A stretch of DNA of 58,685 bases, from NCBI GenBank assembly GCA_018055415.1, contig JAGPHP010000001.1, positions 1 through 58,685 of the forward strand. The letters are read 5' to 3'. Position 1 is the stretch's first letter, and the number at the start of each line of letters is the position of its first letter. The notes beneath the pieces are model-generated. The model did no database searches and had not been told where the DNA came from. It was given only the letters and a program-made list of their open reading frames with translations. The translations under genes were made by a program, and so were the position numbers. Source of the stretch: Breznakibacter sp. (lineage in GTDB: Bacteria > Bacteroidota > Bacteroidia > Bacteroidales > Marinilabiliaceae). Shown here piece by piece: positions 38,905 through 49,585 of this stretch.

Positions 38905-39285
38905 TTACTCTTCTAACTCAATCATTTTGAAGTTTAAACTAATAATAGATTGATAATCTTCCCCAGCCTCAAACATATCCTCATCATCCTCTTCATAATA
39001 CCAATTAATCTCAACTGGATTTCCTTTTTTATTGATAAGTTCAAGCTTTTTAAAGATATCCAAAATACATTTAGATGAACTTGTATTAAAATATTCAAGT
39101 TGAATATTCACAACAGTATTTGCACACGGTGCAGCACCATACTTCTCTAGCCAATCAATTAGTGGTTTGTAAAACTCAACTGAATTCTCGGGTATTGATC
39201 TACCCTTTACTTCAATGATACCAGTAGTTCCATCCAATCTTACTGAAGGAGTTTTTGGAGTTCCATCTCGAACGATTATTTCCAT
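38905..39285 (-). CDS. DUF1987 / SiaC-like partner-switching phosphoprotein
   Basis: 126 aa. GRSIPENSVEFYKPLIDWLEKY, LEYFNTSSSK and INWYYEEDDEDMFEAGE match my recollection of the DUF1987 family. Confidence 0.75.
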   Translation of the reverse strand: MEIIVRDGTPKTPSVRLDGTTGIIEVKGRSIPENSVEFYKPLIDWLEKYGAAPCANTVVNIQLEYFNTSSSKCILDIFKKLELINKKGNPVEINWYYEEDDEDMFEAGEDYQSIISLNFKMIELEE

Positions 39286-39295
39286 TGCAAATATT

Positions 39296-39844
39296 CTATT
39301 TAATAATTACTTCTAACGAAAAAAAACTATAATCCTGACTCACTTTATACATTACGCAATCCAATTTACTTCCAGATTTGCGTAAAATATCAAGCATCCC
39401 TAAACCTGCACCACCCTTCTTAGTATGACCTTCAAAAACTAAAACCTCAAGATAGAGCGCTTTTATCTCTTCATCGGAAAGGGCATTCAACTGATTTATT
39501 CGTCCTCTAATTAACTCAACTTTCTCTTGTTGCAAGTAGTTGCCTGTTGTAATCTTGAAATTCTCTTTCTCTTTTGAAAGAATGATAACACCAAAATTTT
39601 TAATCCCCGCAACCGACTCGCCTGTTGGTGCATCGTCAACGTGATGATATAAATTTTGAAGACACTCCACAAAAACATTAAAGATCTTCTTCCGCACTAA
39701 ATTGCGCAAACTCTCTAGATGAAGGCTAGCTTCCATCGATTCCAAAATAGCATCGATAACAGGGGTTGTAATAGGTCCGTAATGGTTTATTATTGCCTTG
39801 TTATCAATCTTACTTTTATACCATTCTTGAATATCAAATCTCAT
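39296..39844 (-). CDS. SiaB-like GHKL-type small protein kinase
   Basis: 182 aa with a GGAGLGMLDI ATP-lid motif, lying 10 nt upstream of the DUF1987 gene. Confidence 0.65.
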   Translation of the reverse strand: MRFDIQEWYKSKIDNKAIINHYGPITTPVIDAILESMEASLHLESLRNLVRKKIFNVFVECLQNLYHHVDDAPTGESVAGIKNFGVIILSKEKENFKITTGNYLQQEKVELIRGRINQLNALSDEEIKALYLEVLVFEGHTKKGGAGLGMLDILRKSGSKLDCVMYKVSQDYSFFSLEVIIK

Positions 39845-39864
39845 CTACGACCTTTTCAACTATG

Positions 39865-39872
39865 CAAAGATA
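39865..39872 (-). promoter_or_regulatory. -7 box TATCTTTG upstream of the SiaB-like gene
   Basis: Complement of caaagata, 20 nt upstream of the ATG. Confidence 0.3.
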
Positions 39873-39918
39873 AAAAAATAGAGTCATCTATGAAGTAAAT
39901 GTACAAAAAAAGGAGACA

Positions 39919-40860
39919 CTAAATCCCACCTCCATCAGAAAAATTTACATCTTTGGGTTTAAACTGTACTAATTTTGAATTTGGCGGCACATCACTCGTA
40001 ACCCACACATTACCACCTATTACCGAATTGGCACCAACCACAATTCTACCCAAAATAGTTGCCTGAGCATAAATTGTTACATTGTCCTCCACAATTGGAT
40101 GGCGAGCAATGCCCTTTATTGGATTTCCATCACTATCGAGCGGAAAACTTTTTGCACCTAACGTTACACCTTGAAAAAGCTTAACATTATTACCAATGAT
40201 TGAGGTTGCTCCAATCACAACCCCCGTTCCATGATCTATTGTAAAATACTCCCCAATAGTAGCATTTGGATGTATATCTATACCCGTTTCGGAATGCGCC
40301 ATCTCTGAGATAATGCGAGGAATTAAAGGAACTCCAAGTTGAAGCAGCGCATTAGCTATTCGATAATTGGTAATTGCACGAATGGCAGGATAACAAAAGA
40401 TTACCTCCCCACTGCTGGTTGCTGCTGGGTCGCCAATAAAAGCAACCTCCACATCGGTGGCTAATTTTCTACGAATTTCAGGCAGATGCGCAATAAATGC
40501 CGATGCAATATCATACGATTGCTCACGATAATGTTGAATTGTCTTATCATCTTCGGCCATGCAAGAAAAACATAGCCCAGCAAATATTTGGTGCGTTAGC
40601 TTTTCATAAACCCTCTCGGTATTAACGCCTACATAAAAATGCATGCTCTCCGATCTGACAGGTGAATTACCAAAGTAACCTGGGAAAAGTATTTCTCTTA
40701 AAAGATCAACAATCTCCTTCAATTCGGCGCTATTAGGCATCGGACGGTCTTGAAAATGTTCATGACAAACAGACCGACAAGAGGACTCTTGAGAGAGAAT
40801 AGCTATTGCATTTTTAACGCGTTCGGAATAATTCTTTTTACTTTTCATCTTTATCAACAC
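39919..40860 (-). CDS. cysE: Serine O-acetyltransferase
   Basis: N-terminal SATase helical domain plus left-handed beta-helix hexapeptide repeats (GTGVVIGATSIIGNNVKLFQGVTLG). Confidence 0.85.
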   Translation of the reverse strand: MLIKMKSKKNYSERVKNAIAILSQESSCRSVCHEHFQDRPMPNSAELKEIVDLLREILFPGYFGNSPVRSESMHFYVGVNTERVYEKLTHQIFAGLCFSCMAEDDKTIQHYREQSYDIASAFIAHLPEIRRKLATDVEVAFIGDPAATSSGEVIFCYPAIRAITNYRIANALLQLGVPLIPRIISEMAHSETGIDIHPNATIGEYFTIDHGTGVVIGATSIIGNNVKLFQGVTLGAKSFPLDSDGNPIKGIARHPIVEDNVTIYAQATILGRIVVGANSVIGGNVWVTSDVPPNSKLVQFKPKDVNFSDGGGI

Positions 40861-41470
40861 GATTATAACTCAAATCTCTCCATTTCATATACCCTAAAAT
40901 AGCTACAATGGTATAAATAACAAATAAAAATGAGTAAAAATATAACTCTTTATATAGTGTAATGCCGACACTTAATGCATCTACAATAATCCAAACAATC
41001 CAATTCTCTAAATGTTTTCGAGAAAGCATCCATGTTCCAACAATACTTGCAGCTGTACAAAAACCATCAAGATATGGAAGTTGAGAAGAACCAAGTCCTA
41101 AAAGTGCGGGGGCATAAATTAATAGTAACAAAAGAGCTCCATACAATAATAAGAACACTGCAATCAACTGCTTCCATTCACTCGTTGATACTCTTTTAAT
41201 ATGCAAATACTTTTTGGTATGATCACGGCTGACTCCAAATTTCCAGATGTACCATCCATATACAGAGATGATTAGGTAATAGATCTGTAAAAATGCCTCG
41301 GAATATAGATTTGCCAAGAAGAATGAAAGAAATGTAAATCCAGAACTTAAAAACCCCCAAATCCACAACTCAATCTTCTCATTAACAGAATAATAGAGAT
41401 AAATCAAACCTGTTAGAACCCCCAAAATCTCTATAATAAGATCTCTATATCCCCAAAAAAAGTCAAACAT
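40838..41470 (-). CDS. pnuC: Nicotinamide riboside transporter PnuC family
   Basis: 210-aa polytopic protein with the ENWIVWIIVD motif. It overlaps cysE by 23 nt. Confidence 0.75.
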   Translation of the reverse strand: MFDFFWGYRDLIIEILGVLTGLIYLYYSVNEKIELWIWGFLSSGFTFLSFFLANLYSEAFLQIYYLIISVYGWYIWKFGVSRDHTKKYLHIKRVSTSEWKQLIAVFLLLYGALLLLLIYAPALLGLGSSQLPYLDGFCTAASIVGTWMLSRKHLENWIVWIIVDALSVGITLYKELYFYSFLFVIYTIVAILGYMKWRDLSYNRVDKDEK

Positions 41471-41496
41471 CTACATATAATATTAAATATAAACAA

Positions 41497-41518
41497 AAGA
41501 GGGGCATAAACCCCTCTT
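41497..41518 (-). terminator. Intrinsic terminator after guaA
   Basis: aagagggg / cccctctt stem, followed by ttttgttt on the minus strand. Confidence 0.7.
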
Positions 41519-41521
41519 ATA

Positions 41522-43063
41522 TTATTCCCACTCTATTGTTGCAGGAGGTTTTGAGCTTATATCATAAACAACTCTATTCACACCCTTAACTTTATTGATT
41601 ATTTCGTTACTGATTTTAGCAAGAAACTCATACGGCAAATGCACCCAGTCGGCAGTCATACCATCAGTAGAAGCTACGGCGCGCAATGCAACCACTTTTT
41701 CATACGTACGCTCATCTCCCATAACTCCAACAGACTGTACTGGTAATAAAATAGCACCAGCTTGCCAAACAGAATTATATAAACCACTCTCTTTAAGACC
41801 ACTAATAAATATGCTATCAACTTCTTGAAGAATATCTACTTTTTCTTGCGTAATATCTCCCAAAATACGAATTGCTAGACCAGGACCAGGGAAAGGATGA
41901 CGATTTAAAATATTTTCTGGCACTTTTAACTCTCTTCCTACACGACGAACCTCATCTTTAAAGAGCAAATTTAAAGGCTCAACTACCTTTAGATTCATCT
42001 TTTCAGGTAATCCACCAACATTATGATGAGATTTTATAGTAGCCGATGGACCTCCATTAACCGACACCGACTCAATCACGTCAGGATAGATGGTTCCTTG
42101 TGCTAACCACTTAACATCCTTTATTTTATGCGCTTCTGCATCAAATACATCGATAAAAGCACTACCAATAATTTTACGTTTTGTTTCAGGATCCGAAACA
42201 CCGGCTAATTTGGAAAGAAAAATATCCTTTGCATCAACACCAACAACGTTCAAACCCATTGTTTTATAAGAATCAAGTACTAATTGATACTCATTTTTAC
42301 GCAACAAGCCGTTATCAACAAAAATACATGTCAGATTATCACCAATAGCACGATGTAAAAGCTCTGCAGCAACAGAACTATCCACACCACCCGAAAGACC
42401 TAGAACGACTTTATCATTCCCCACTTTTGCACGCAAGTCGCTGATTGTACTCTCCACAAAAGAGGCAGGAGTCCAATCTTGCTTACATCCACAGACATCA
42501 ACTAAGAAATTTTTCAATATTGTAGTTCCATCTGTTGAGTGATAAACCTCAGGGTGAAACTGAATTCCAAAAGTAGTTTCGCCCTCAACTTTATAGGCAG
42601 CTATAGCAACATCTTTAGTACTTGCAATTACTTTATAGTTAGATGGAAGTTTTGCAATGGTATCACCATGTGACATCCAAACTTGTGAATTGTGACCAAC
42701 CCCTTTTAAAAGGACATGGGTTTCATCAAATGTAGATAAATTTGCTCTACCGTACTCACGAGTTGCAGATGGAAGCACTTCGCCACCAAAGTTATGAGCT
42801 AAATACTGAGCTCCATAACAAACTCCTAATAGAGGTAATTTCCCTTTAATTTCAGATAACTCAGGAGAAGGAGCGTTCTTGTCGCGTACACTCGATGGAC
42901 TTCCAGAAAGAATGACTCCCTTAAACGTTGAATCGAGTTTTGGAATTTTATTAAACGGATGTATTTCGCAATAAACGTTAATCTCACGCACTCTTCTTGC
43001 AATCAACTGTGTGTATTGAGAACCAAAATCTAAAATAAGAATCTTCTCCTGCATATCTGGCAA
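41522..43063 (-). CDS. guaA: GMP synthase (glutamine-hydrolysing)
   Basis: [17 protein letters not shown] GATase domain, [10 protein letters not shown]-loop and a C-terminal ...PPATIEWE. Confidence 0.95.
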   Translation of the reverse strand: MPDMQEKILILDFGSQYTQLIARRVREINVYCEIHPFNKIPKLDSTFKGVILSGSPSSVRDKNAPSPELSEIKGKLPLLGVCYGAQYLAHNFGGEVLPSATREYGRANLSTFDETHVLLKGVGHNSQVWMSHGDTIAKLPSNYKVIASTKDVAIAAYKVEGETTFGIQFHPEVYHSTDGTTILKNFLVDVCGCKQDWTPASFVESTISDLRAKVGNDKVVLGLSGGVDSSVAAELLHRAIGDNLTCIFVDNGLLRKNEYQLVLDSYKTMGLNVVGVDAKDIFLSKLAGVSDPETKRKIIGSAFIDVFDAEAHKIKDVKWLAQGTIYPDVIESVSVNGGPSATIKSHHNVGGLPEKMNLKVVEPLNLLFKDEVRRVGRELKVPENILNRHPFPGPGLAIRILGDITQEKVDILQEVDSIFISGLKESGLYNSVWQAGAILLPVQSVGVMGDERTYEKVVALRAVASTDGMTADWVHLPYEFLAKISNEIINKVKGVNRVVYDISSKPPATIEWE

Positions 43064-43085
43064 TTTAATATAAAAAATTAAGCCA

Positions 43086-43093
43086 CAAAGATA
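43086..43093 (-). promoter_or_regulatory. -7 box TATCTTTG upstream of guaA
   Basis: Complement of caaagata, located between the rnz stop and the guaA start. Confidence 0.35.
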
Positions 43094-43099
43094 GGATTT

Positions 43100-44053
43100 T
43101 TAGGAGATATCTTCTATTAAAATAGAAATTTCAGGTGTGTTATTTATAAAAAAGGTACGCCCCTCTTTTGCTTCATAAGTATTTGAAAAGCCTTGGGTAG
43201 CCTCAACTACAAGTGGCTCAACACTCTTGTAGCGTGAAGAGAAATGCCCAATTGCAAGTGCATGTGCTCCAATATCTTTAGCCGCTTTAGCCGCTTGCAA
43301 TGCTGTAGAATGTGTAGTTCGTATTGCTACATCGACCAAATCATGCGCAAAAGTAGATTCGTGATAGAGTAATGAAATACCTTTAATATAATTGGACAAA
43401 TAATCTAGATACAGTGTATCGGAACAAAAGGCATAACTTCTTAAAGGTCGATCTTTTTCGGTGAGTAGGTGATTGGAGATAGTTTCTCCATCAAAATTAA
43501 TCCAATCTTTTCCGCTTTTAATGACGGGGATATCCTTAACAGGAATTCGATAAGCCTTTAAAGCCGAATTTAAAATAATTTTATCACCCCTCTTCTCTTC
43601 GACTAAAAAACCAACTGTTGGCACTCTATGTTCGAGTGGAAAAGATGATATTTTCACCACATCATCTTCAAAAACAATCTCTTTAGAATTAGGAGAAACA
43701 GAGATAAAAATAACTTCATAGGGTAAATCAACACAAAAATAGTCAAGTTGCGGTCTAAGTAGCAACTCCAAATCACAATGTGCATGAATAAAAAGAGGCT
43801 GAGTTCGATTAAGTAAACCGAGAGTAGAAATAAGTCCAATTAATCCAAAGCAGTGATCCCCATGTAGATGCGAGATAAATATATGGTTAATTTTGGTAAA
43901 CTTAATGCGGTTTTTTCGTAGTTGAACTTGAGTTCCCTCTCCACAATCGAACAAAAAAAACCGCTCAGCCACATTGAGCAGCTGAGCGGTTGGGTTTCTA
44001 TGCGATGTAGGTAGTGCTGAATTACTACCTAAGATTGTCACAGAAAAGCGCAT
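43100..44053 (-). CDS. rnz: Ribonuclease Z (metallo-beta-lactamase fold)
   Basis: ILGSNSALP and HLHGDH motifs; 317 aa. Confidence 0.9.
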   Translation of the reverse strand: MRFSVTILGSNSALPTSHRNPTAQLLNVAERFFLFDCGEGTQVQLRKNRIKFTKINHIFISHLHGDHCFGLIGLISTLGLLNRTQPLFIHAHCDLELLLRPQLDYFCVDLPYEVIFISVSPNSKEIVFEDDVVKISSFPLEHRVPTVGFLVEEKRGDKIILNSALKAYRIPVKDIPVIKSGKDWINFDGETISNHLLTEKDRPLRSYAFCSDTLYLDYLSNYIKGISLLYHESTFAHDLVDVAIRTTHSTALQAAKAAKDIGAHALAIGHFSSRYKSVEPLVVEATQGFSNTYEAKEGRTFFINNTPEISILIEDIS

Positions 44054-44055
44054 TA

Positions 44056-44409
44056 CTATTTAGATATTGCATTCTTAATGAGCAACACCCCATCTTCTAA
44101 AGAAGGTGCAATAGTAAGCACTGAATCTAATTGAGAAACAGAGATTAGACGTTCTACAGCAGGTTGTAAACCCGATAAAACAAAAGAACCATCTGCATTT
44201 TTGCATAAACGATTTGCAACAAGAATTGCACTTAAGCCCGAAGAATCACAGTAGTTACACTTACCTAGATCTAAGAGGATATTCTTCTCGCCATTACCTG
44301 ACAAAAGAACTAATTCAGACTTCAACGAGGGAGCTACATGCGTATCAAGTTTCTCTTTAAGAACTTGAACTAATGTAAAACCATCAAGTTTATCTATTTT
44401 AAATTCCAT
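44056..44409 (-). CDS. STAS-domain protein (anti-sigma-factor antagonist type)
   Basis: 117 aa with a SpoIIAA-like CDSSGLSAIL motif. Its stop lies 2 nt before the rnz start. Confidence 0.8.
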   Translation of the reverse strand: MEFKIDKLDGFTLVQVLKEKLDTHVAPSLKSELVLLSGNGEKNILLDLGKCNYCDSSGLSAILVANRLCKNADGSFVLSGLQPAVERLISVSQLDSVLTIAPSLEDGVLLIKNAISK

Positions 44410-44429
44410 TCTTGTCTTATTAAGAGTTA

Positions 44430-46304
44430 CTATTTTTTAGATGCTGCTTTCTCGCTAGCTTCCATTTGATCTTTCAAAGCAGCTAATTCTGAAATGTCAC
44501 CTAAAGTAGTCTTTTCTGATGGATTTCCAACAACGTCATTTGATTTTTTTGTACTTTTTTTAGCGCCAGCAGAAGCTGGTTTAGAAGAAGTAGATGCAGT
44601 AGAAGCTGCTGGAGATTTTTTAGCTCCTTCGCCGCCTTTGTTTTTTGCATCTTCAAATACGCGAGAGTGAGAAACAATGATACGTTTTGCACCTTTGTTA
44701 AACTCAATCACTTTGAAGTCTAATTTCTCATCAACTTTAGCTTCAGTACCATCTTCTTTCTCTAAATGACGAGGAGTAGCAAAGCCTTCAACACCATAAG
44801 GAAGAGAGATAACAGCACCTCTATCTAATTTTTCAACGATTGTACCTTCGTGAACTGAATCAACAGTAAAGATATTTTCAAAAACATCCCATGGATTCTC
44901 TTCTAGTTGCTTGTGACCAAGGCTTAGACGCTTTTCAGCAGCATTGATTTCAAGAACTTGAACTTCAATCTCTTCACCTACTTGAGTAAATTCAGATGGA
45001 TGTTTGATTTTCTTTGTCCAAGAAAGATCAGAAATATGGATTAGACCATCAATTCCTTCTTCGATCTCAACGAAAACACCAAAGTTTGTGAAGTTTCTAA
45101 CTTTTGCTTTGTGTTTAGAACCCACAGCATATTTAGCTTCGATTTTCTCCCAAGGATCAGACTTCATTTGTTTGATACCAAGAGACATTTTTCTTTCGTT
45201 TTTGTCAAGAGTTAAGATTTTTGCCTCAACTTCGTCACCAACTTTTAAGAAATCTTGAGCGCTTCTTAAGTGTTGAGAGAAAGACATTTCAGAAACGTGG
45301 ATTAGACCTTCAACACCTGGAGCGATTTCAACAAAAGCACCATAGTCAGCCATAACCACAACTTTACCTTTAACAACGTTATCAACCTTTAAAGTTTCAG
45401 CAATTGAATCCCAAGGGTGAGCAGTAAGTTGTTTTAAACCTAAAGCGATACGTTTTCTGTCGTTATCAAAATCAAGGATAACAACGTTTAATTTTTGATC
45501 AAGTTGAACAATCTCCTCTGGATGAGAAACACGTCCCCAAGAAAGGTCAGTAATGTGGATCAAACCATCAACACCACCTAAGTCAACGAATACACCATAA
45601 GCAGTGATATTCTTAACAGTACCTTCAAGAACTTGACCTTTCTCTAATTTAGAGATAATATCTTTTTTCTGTTGTTCAAGTTCAGCTTCGATAAGAGCTT
45701 TGTGAGAAACAACAACGTTTTTGAATTCTGGATTAATTTTAACTACTTTGAACTCCATTGTTTTACCAACGTAGATATCGTAGTCGCGGATAGGTTTCAC
45801 ATCAATTTGTGAACCTGGAAGGAAAGCTTCGATACCAAATACGTCAACGATCATACCACCACGAGTACGACATTTGATGTAACCTTTGATAATTTCGTCG
45901 TTCTCAAGAGCCGCATTTACACGATCCCATGAACGAAGAGCACGAGCTTTTTTGTGAGAAAGAACAAGTTGACCTTTTTTATCTTCTTGGCTTTCAACAT
46001 AAACCTCAACATGATCACCAATAGCTAAGTCAGGATTGTAACGGAATTCGTTACGGCTCACAATACCATCAGATTTAAAACCAATGTTGATTACTACTTC
46101 TCTTTTGTTAAGAGCGATAACAGTACCATCAATAACCTCTTTTTCAGAGATAGTAGATAGTGTTTGGTCGTATAACGCATCTAACTCTTCTTTAGTTTTT
46201 GATGCACCAACATAGACACCTTTTTCGAAAGCATCCCAATCAAAATTTGCATTTGCTGTTTCTCCAGCAAAGTGCGCTGAATTTTTTAAAACTTTTTCTG
46301 TCAT
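44430..46304 (-). CDS. rpsA: 30S ribosomal protein S1
   Basis: Six S1 repeats (GLIHISDLSW, GLIHVSEMSF and similar) and an Ala/Lys/Ser-rich C-terminal tail. Confidence 0.95.
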   Translation of the reverse strand: MTEKVLKNSAHFAGETANANFDWDAFEKGVYVGASKTKEELDALYDQTLSTISEKEVIDGTVIALNKREVVINIGFKSDGIVSRNEFRYNPDLAIGDHVEVYVESQEDKKGQLVLSHKKARALRSWDRVNAALENDEIIKGYIKCRTRGGMIVDVFGIEAFLPGSQIDVKPIRDYDIYVGKTMEFKVVKINPEFKNVVVSHKALIEAELEQQKKDIISKLEKGQVLEGTVKNITAYGVFVDLGGVDGLIHITDLSWGRVSHPEEIVQLDQKLNVVILDFDNDRKRIALGLKQLTAHPWDSIAETLKVDNVVKGKVVVMADYGAFVEIAPGVEGLIHVSEMSFSQHLRSAQDFLKVGDEVEAKILTLDKNERKMSLGIKQMKSDPWEKIEAKYAVGSKHKAKVRNFTNFGVFVEIEEGIDGLIHISDLSWTKKIKHPSEFTQVGEEIEVQVLEINAAEKRLSLGHKQLEENPWDVFENIFTVDSVHEGTIVEKLDRGAVISLPYGVEGFATPRHLEKEDGTEAKVDEKLDFKVIEFNKGAKRIIVSHSRVFEDAKNKGGEGAKKSPAASTASTSSKPASAGAKKSTKKSNDVVGNPSEKTTLGDISELAALKDQMEASEKAASKK

Positions 46305-46352
46305 TAAATTTTAGATAACTAGTGATTAGACATTATATATAGAAAATCGGTG

Positions 46353-46360
46353 CAAAGATA
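46353..46360 (-). promoter_or_regulatory. -7 box TATCTTTG upstream of rpsA
   Basis: Complement of caaagata, about 49 nt upstream of the ATG. Confidence 0.35.
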
Positions 46361-46550
46361 AGGATTTTTTAAATACAATATTATCAACACTTTATCTTTT
46401 TGCTCTATTTTGTTTTTTTAACAAATGAATATTGGACATTTAATTCATGTACGGTTAAATATTTGATAATCAATTAGAATAGTTCGTATGCGGCAAACTA
46501 ATGAGTTTTACACAATCGATTCGTAAAAATCAACATTAATAAAAAAACAA

Positions 46551-46580
46551 AGCGGGCCGCCTTTTACAAGACAGCCCGCT
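46551..46580 (-). terminator. Intrinsic terminator after pckA
   Basis: agcgggc / gcccgct stem, with a T run on the minus strand. Confidence 0.7.
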
Positions 46581-46606
46581 TATTATTTGATAGCTCTTAT
46601 TAAGAA

Positions 46607-48202
46607 CTACAATTGAGGACCAGAAGCGATTAATGCTTTTGCAGCATCGTTATCGCAATATTGCTCGAAGTTTTTGATATACTTCGCAGCAAGAGATTTC
46701 GCTTTTTCTTCCCACTCAGCTTTGTTAGCATAAGTATCGCGAGGATCAAGAATCTCGGTATCAACGTTATTTAATTTAGTAGGAGCCACTAAATTAAGAA
46801 TTGGAATTTTAACAGTTGGAGCTTTTTCGATTGAACCATCGATGATTGCATCAATGATAGCACGAGTGTTTTTCAAAGAGATACGTTTTCCAGTACCGTT
46901 CCAACCAGTGTTAACTAAATAAACTTTAGCACCATGCTCTTTTGCTTTACCAATTAAGGTTTTAGCATACATAGTTGGGTGTAAAGTTAAGAAAGCCTCA
47001 CCAAAAGCAGGAGAGAAAGATGGAACAGGTTCAGTAATACCACGCTCAGTACCAGCTAGTTTTGAAGTAAAACCAGATAGGAAGTGATATTGTGCTGAAT
47101 TCTCATCTAAGATAGAAACTGGAGGTAATACACCAAAAGCATCAGCCGACAGATAGATAATCTTCTTAGCGTGACCAGCACGAGAAGGGGAAACTATTTT
47201 ATTGATATGATAGATTGGGTAAGAAACACGTGTATTTTCAGTTTTTGAAGCAGCTGCTGAATAATCAGGAGTACCATCTGCATTCACTGTTACGTTTTCT
47301 AATAAAGCATCGCGACGGATAGCTCTCCAAATATCAGGCTCTTTATCTTTTTCAAGGTCGATAACTTTTGCGTAGCAACCACCTTCGTAGTTAAATACAC
47401 CATTGTTGTCCCAACCATGCTCATCATCGCCAATTAAGTAACGTTTTGGATCGGCTGACAGAGTAGTTTTACCAGTACCCGAAAGACCGAAGAAAATAGC
47501 AACATCACCATCTTTACCTACGTTAGCAGAGCAGTGCATAGAAGCCATACCTTTTAATGGTAAGTAGTAGTTCATTAAGGCAAAGATACCTTTTTTCATT
47601 TCGCCACCGTACCAAGTACCACCAATAACTTGCATTCTAGTAGTAAGGTTGAATAGAGTGAAAACCTCAGAGTTCAAACCTTGCTCTTTCCAGTTAGGGT
47701 TAGTTGTTTTAGATCCGTTCAAACAAACGAAATCAGGCTCACCATAGTTAGCTAAATCGAAATGAGAAGGACGGATAAACATGTTAGTCACAAAGTGAGC
47801 TTGCCATGCAACTTCCATAATAAAACGAACTTTCAAACGAGTATCTTCGTTAGTTCCACAGAAAGTATCAACAACATAAAGAGTTTTTGCAGTTGACAAC
47901 TGTTTTGTTACTAAGTTTTTGCAATGTTCAAAAACCTCAGGTGTTGTAGGACGATTGATTGTTCCATCCCACCATAAGTTAGCATCTGTTATCGCATCTT
48001 TTACGAAAAATTTATCTTTAGGAGAACGTCCAGTGAATTTACCTGTATCAACAGATACCGCACCAGATGTAGTTAATACACCTTTTTCAAAACCTTCATT
48101 AGCAGGATCAATTTCTGCCTTAAATAATTCTTCGTAAGTTGGGTTGTGTAGGATTGTAAAATTTCCCGAAATGCCGTACTTACTTAAGTCCACTGTAGCC
48201 AT
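46607..48202 (-). CDS. pckA: Phosphoenolpyruvate carboxykinase (ATP)
   Basis: [11 protein letters not shown] kinase-1a motif; 531 aa. Confidence 0.95.
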   Translation of the reverse strand: MATVDLSKYGISGNFTILHNPTYEELFKAEIDPANEGFEKGVLTTSGAVSVDTGKFTGRSPKDKFFVKDAITDANLWWDGTINRPTTPEVFEHCKNLVTKQLSTAKTLYVVDTFCGTNEDTRLKVRFIMEVAWQAHFVTNMFIRPSHFDLANYGEPDFVCLNGSKTTNPNWKEQGLNSEVFTLFNLTTRMQVIGGTWYGGEMKKGIFALMNYYLPLKGMASMHCSANVGKDGDVAIFFGLSGTGKTTLSADPKRYLIGDDEHGWDNNGVFNYEGGCYAKVIDLEKDKEPDIWRAIRRDALLENVTVNADGTPDYSAAASKTENTRVSYPIYHINKIVSPSRAGHAKKIIYLSADAFGVLPPVSILDENSAQYHFLSGFTSKLAGTERGITEPVPSFSPAFGEAFLTLHPTMYAKTLIGKAKEHGAKVYLVNTGWNGTGKRISLKNTRAIIDAIIDGSIEKAPTVKIPILNLVAPTKLNNVDTEILDPRDTYANKAEWEEKAKSLAAKYIKNFEQYCDNDAAKALIASGPQL

Positions 48203-48249
48203 AGTAATTTGATATTTATTTAAAATTAAAGAAATTTATTATTTTGTTA

Positions 48250-48257
48250 CAAATATA
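48250..48257 (-). promoter_or_regulatory. -7 box TATATTTG upstream of pckA
   Basis: Complement of caaatata, 48 nt upstream of the ATG. Confidence 0.3.
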
Positions 48258-48365
48258 TATAAATTCAGATTAAAGAATTAATTCTCTATTGTTTTTTCAA
48301 TTGTAATAACAAAAATTAACATCATACATGCAAGATGTTATAATATTAACAAGCATAATATTTAC

Positions 48366-49265
48366 TTAAGATCTTGGATGAAAAGTGTTTATCGTATTTT
48401 TCAGATACTCCTTATCTAAATGAGTATAGATTTCGGTTGTTATAATAGACTCATGACCTAACATCTCTTGAACGGCACGTAAATTTGCCCCTCCCTCAAC
48501 CAAATGTGAGGCAAAAGAGTGTCTAAACGTGTGGGGGCTTATGTTTTTGGTTATTCCCGCTTTCATTGCCAAATCTTTTATAATTGTGAAGATCATGACA
48601 CGCGAAAGCCTCTCCCCTCTCCTATTAAGAAAAAGTATATCATCATCACCTTTATATACACTCATTAGATTACGAGTTGCCAACTGATAACGGGTGATCT
48701 CTTCAATGGCACTTTTGCTAATCGGTACTAAACGCTCTTTCTTTCCTTTTCCCTCAATTTTGATATATCCTTGTTCGAAATAGAGATTTGATATTTTAAT
48801 ATCGATTACCTCCGAAACACGGAGTCCACAGGAGTAAAGCGTCTCAACCAGCGCTTTATTTCTTTGCCCTTCGGCCTTTGAAAGATCGATTTGAGCTAAA
48901 AGTGCATCGACCTCATCGATAGAGAGGACTTCGGGCAATTTACGACCAATACGAGGCGAATCGATTAAGCTAGTTGGATCTTTTTCGATGAGATCTTCGA
49001 CCATCAAATATTTATAGAACGACTTAATTCCGCTAATAACACGCGCTTGGGTGCGTGCACTAATTCCATTAGAAGCAAGATGTTCGAGAAGCGCCTTCAT
49101 GTGGGCGGCTGTAACCTCGTCGGGGGGGATTTGGTACTCCATAACCGCCAAAAAATCTTTTAGTTTGATTAAATCAGTTATGTAAGCATTCATGGAATTT
49201 TCCGAAAGCCCTCGTTCAATTTTTAGATACTTTTTAAAATCTTCAATGGCACTTTCCCACTTCAT
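48366..49265 (-). CDS. xerD: Tyrosine recombinase XerD-like
   Basis: 299 aa with an R...HxxR...Y catalytic pattern (SPHTFRHSFASHL, LGHESIITTEIYTHL) and an N-terminal SAM-like core-binding domain. Confidence 0.8.
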   Translation of the reverse strand: MKWESAIEDFKKYLKIERGLSENSMNAYITDLIKLKDFLAVMEYQIPPDEVTAAHMKALLEHLASNGISARTQARVISGIKSFYKYLMVEDLIEKDPTSLIDSPRIGRKLPEVLSIDEVDALLAQIDLSKAEGQRNKALVETLYSCGLRVSEVIDIKISNLYFEQGYIKIEGKGKKERLVPISKSAIEEITRYQLATRNLMSVYKGDDDILFLNRRGERLSRVMIFTIIKDLAMKAGITKNISPHTFRHSFASHLVEGGANLRAVQEMLGHESIITTEIYTHLDKEYLKNTINTFHPRS

Positions 49266-49399
49266 ATTGTCTGTCTAAATTATCATTATCATTTCCATTC
49301 CAAAGAACAGAATAAAAAAAGTAGCAAGCAAGTTTTAAATGTACAAATTAATTTGATTTATGGCCCATTTATTAAAATAAGTTTGAGCTACAGTGATTT

Positions 49400-49585
49400 G
49401 CAAAAGAGTGCAAGTGGAACCGCGTGAGGGCGAAGGCGGAAACCCCGCAGTTTTGGCGTAGCTTGCGGAGACAAAACGAGGAGTTGCAGCCGAAGACCGA
49501 CAGCAAAAAGGGCACGAAATGATGGGGATAGAGACAATGCATGAATTGTCTGTACGCGGGAGCGCCCTTTTTGCTGGCACGCCCA
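49400..49585. repeat. GC-rich structured element, copy B
   Basis: Perfect 13-bp arms cagcaaaaagggc (49501-49513) and gccctttttgctg (49564-49576) enclose a 50-nt loop that holds the gacaat/attgtc hairpin. Further ccgc/gcgg and ccgca/tgcgg hairpins lie upstream. The arms and flanks match 2013-2100 in inverse orientation. Confidence 0.6.

Noticed and set aside
48366-49265. Tyrosine recombinase as the integrase of a mobile element next to the tRNA array
   Set aside because: Its length and motifs fit chromosomal XerD. It lies 2.6 kb from the tRNAs with aroQ and pyk in between, and no att-like repeats, excisionase or cargo genes are visible.
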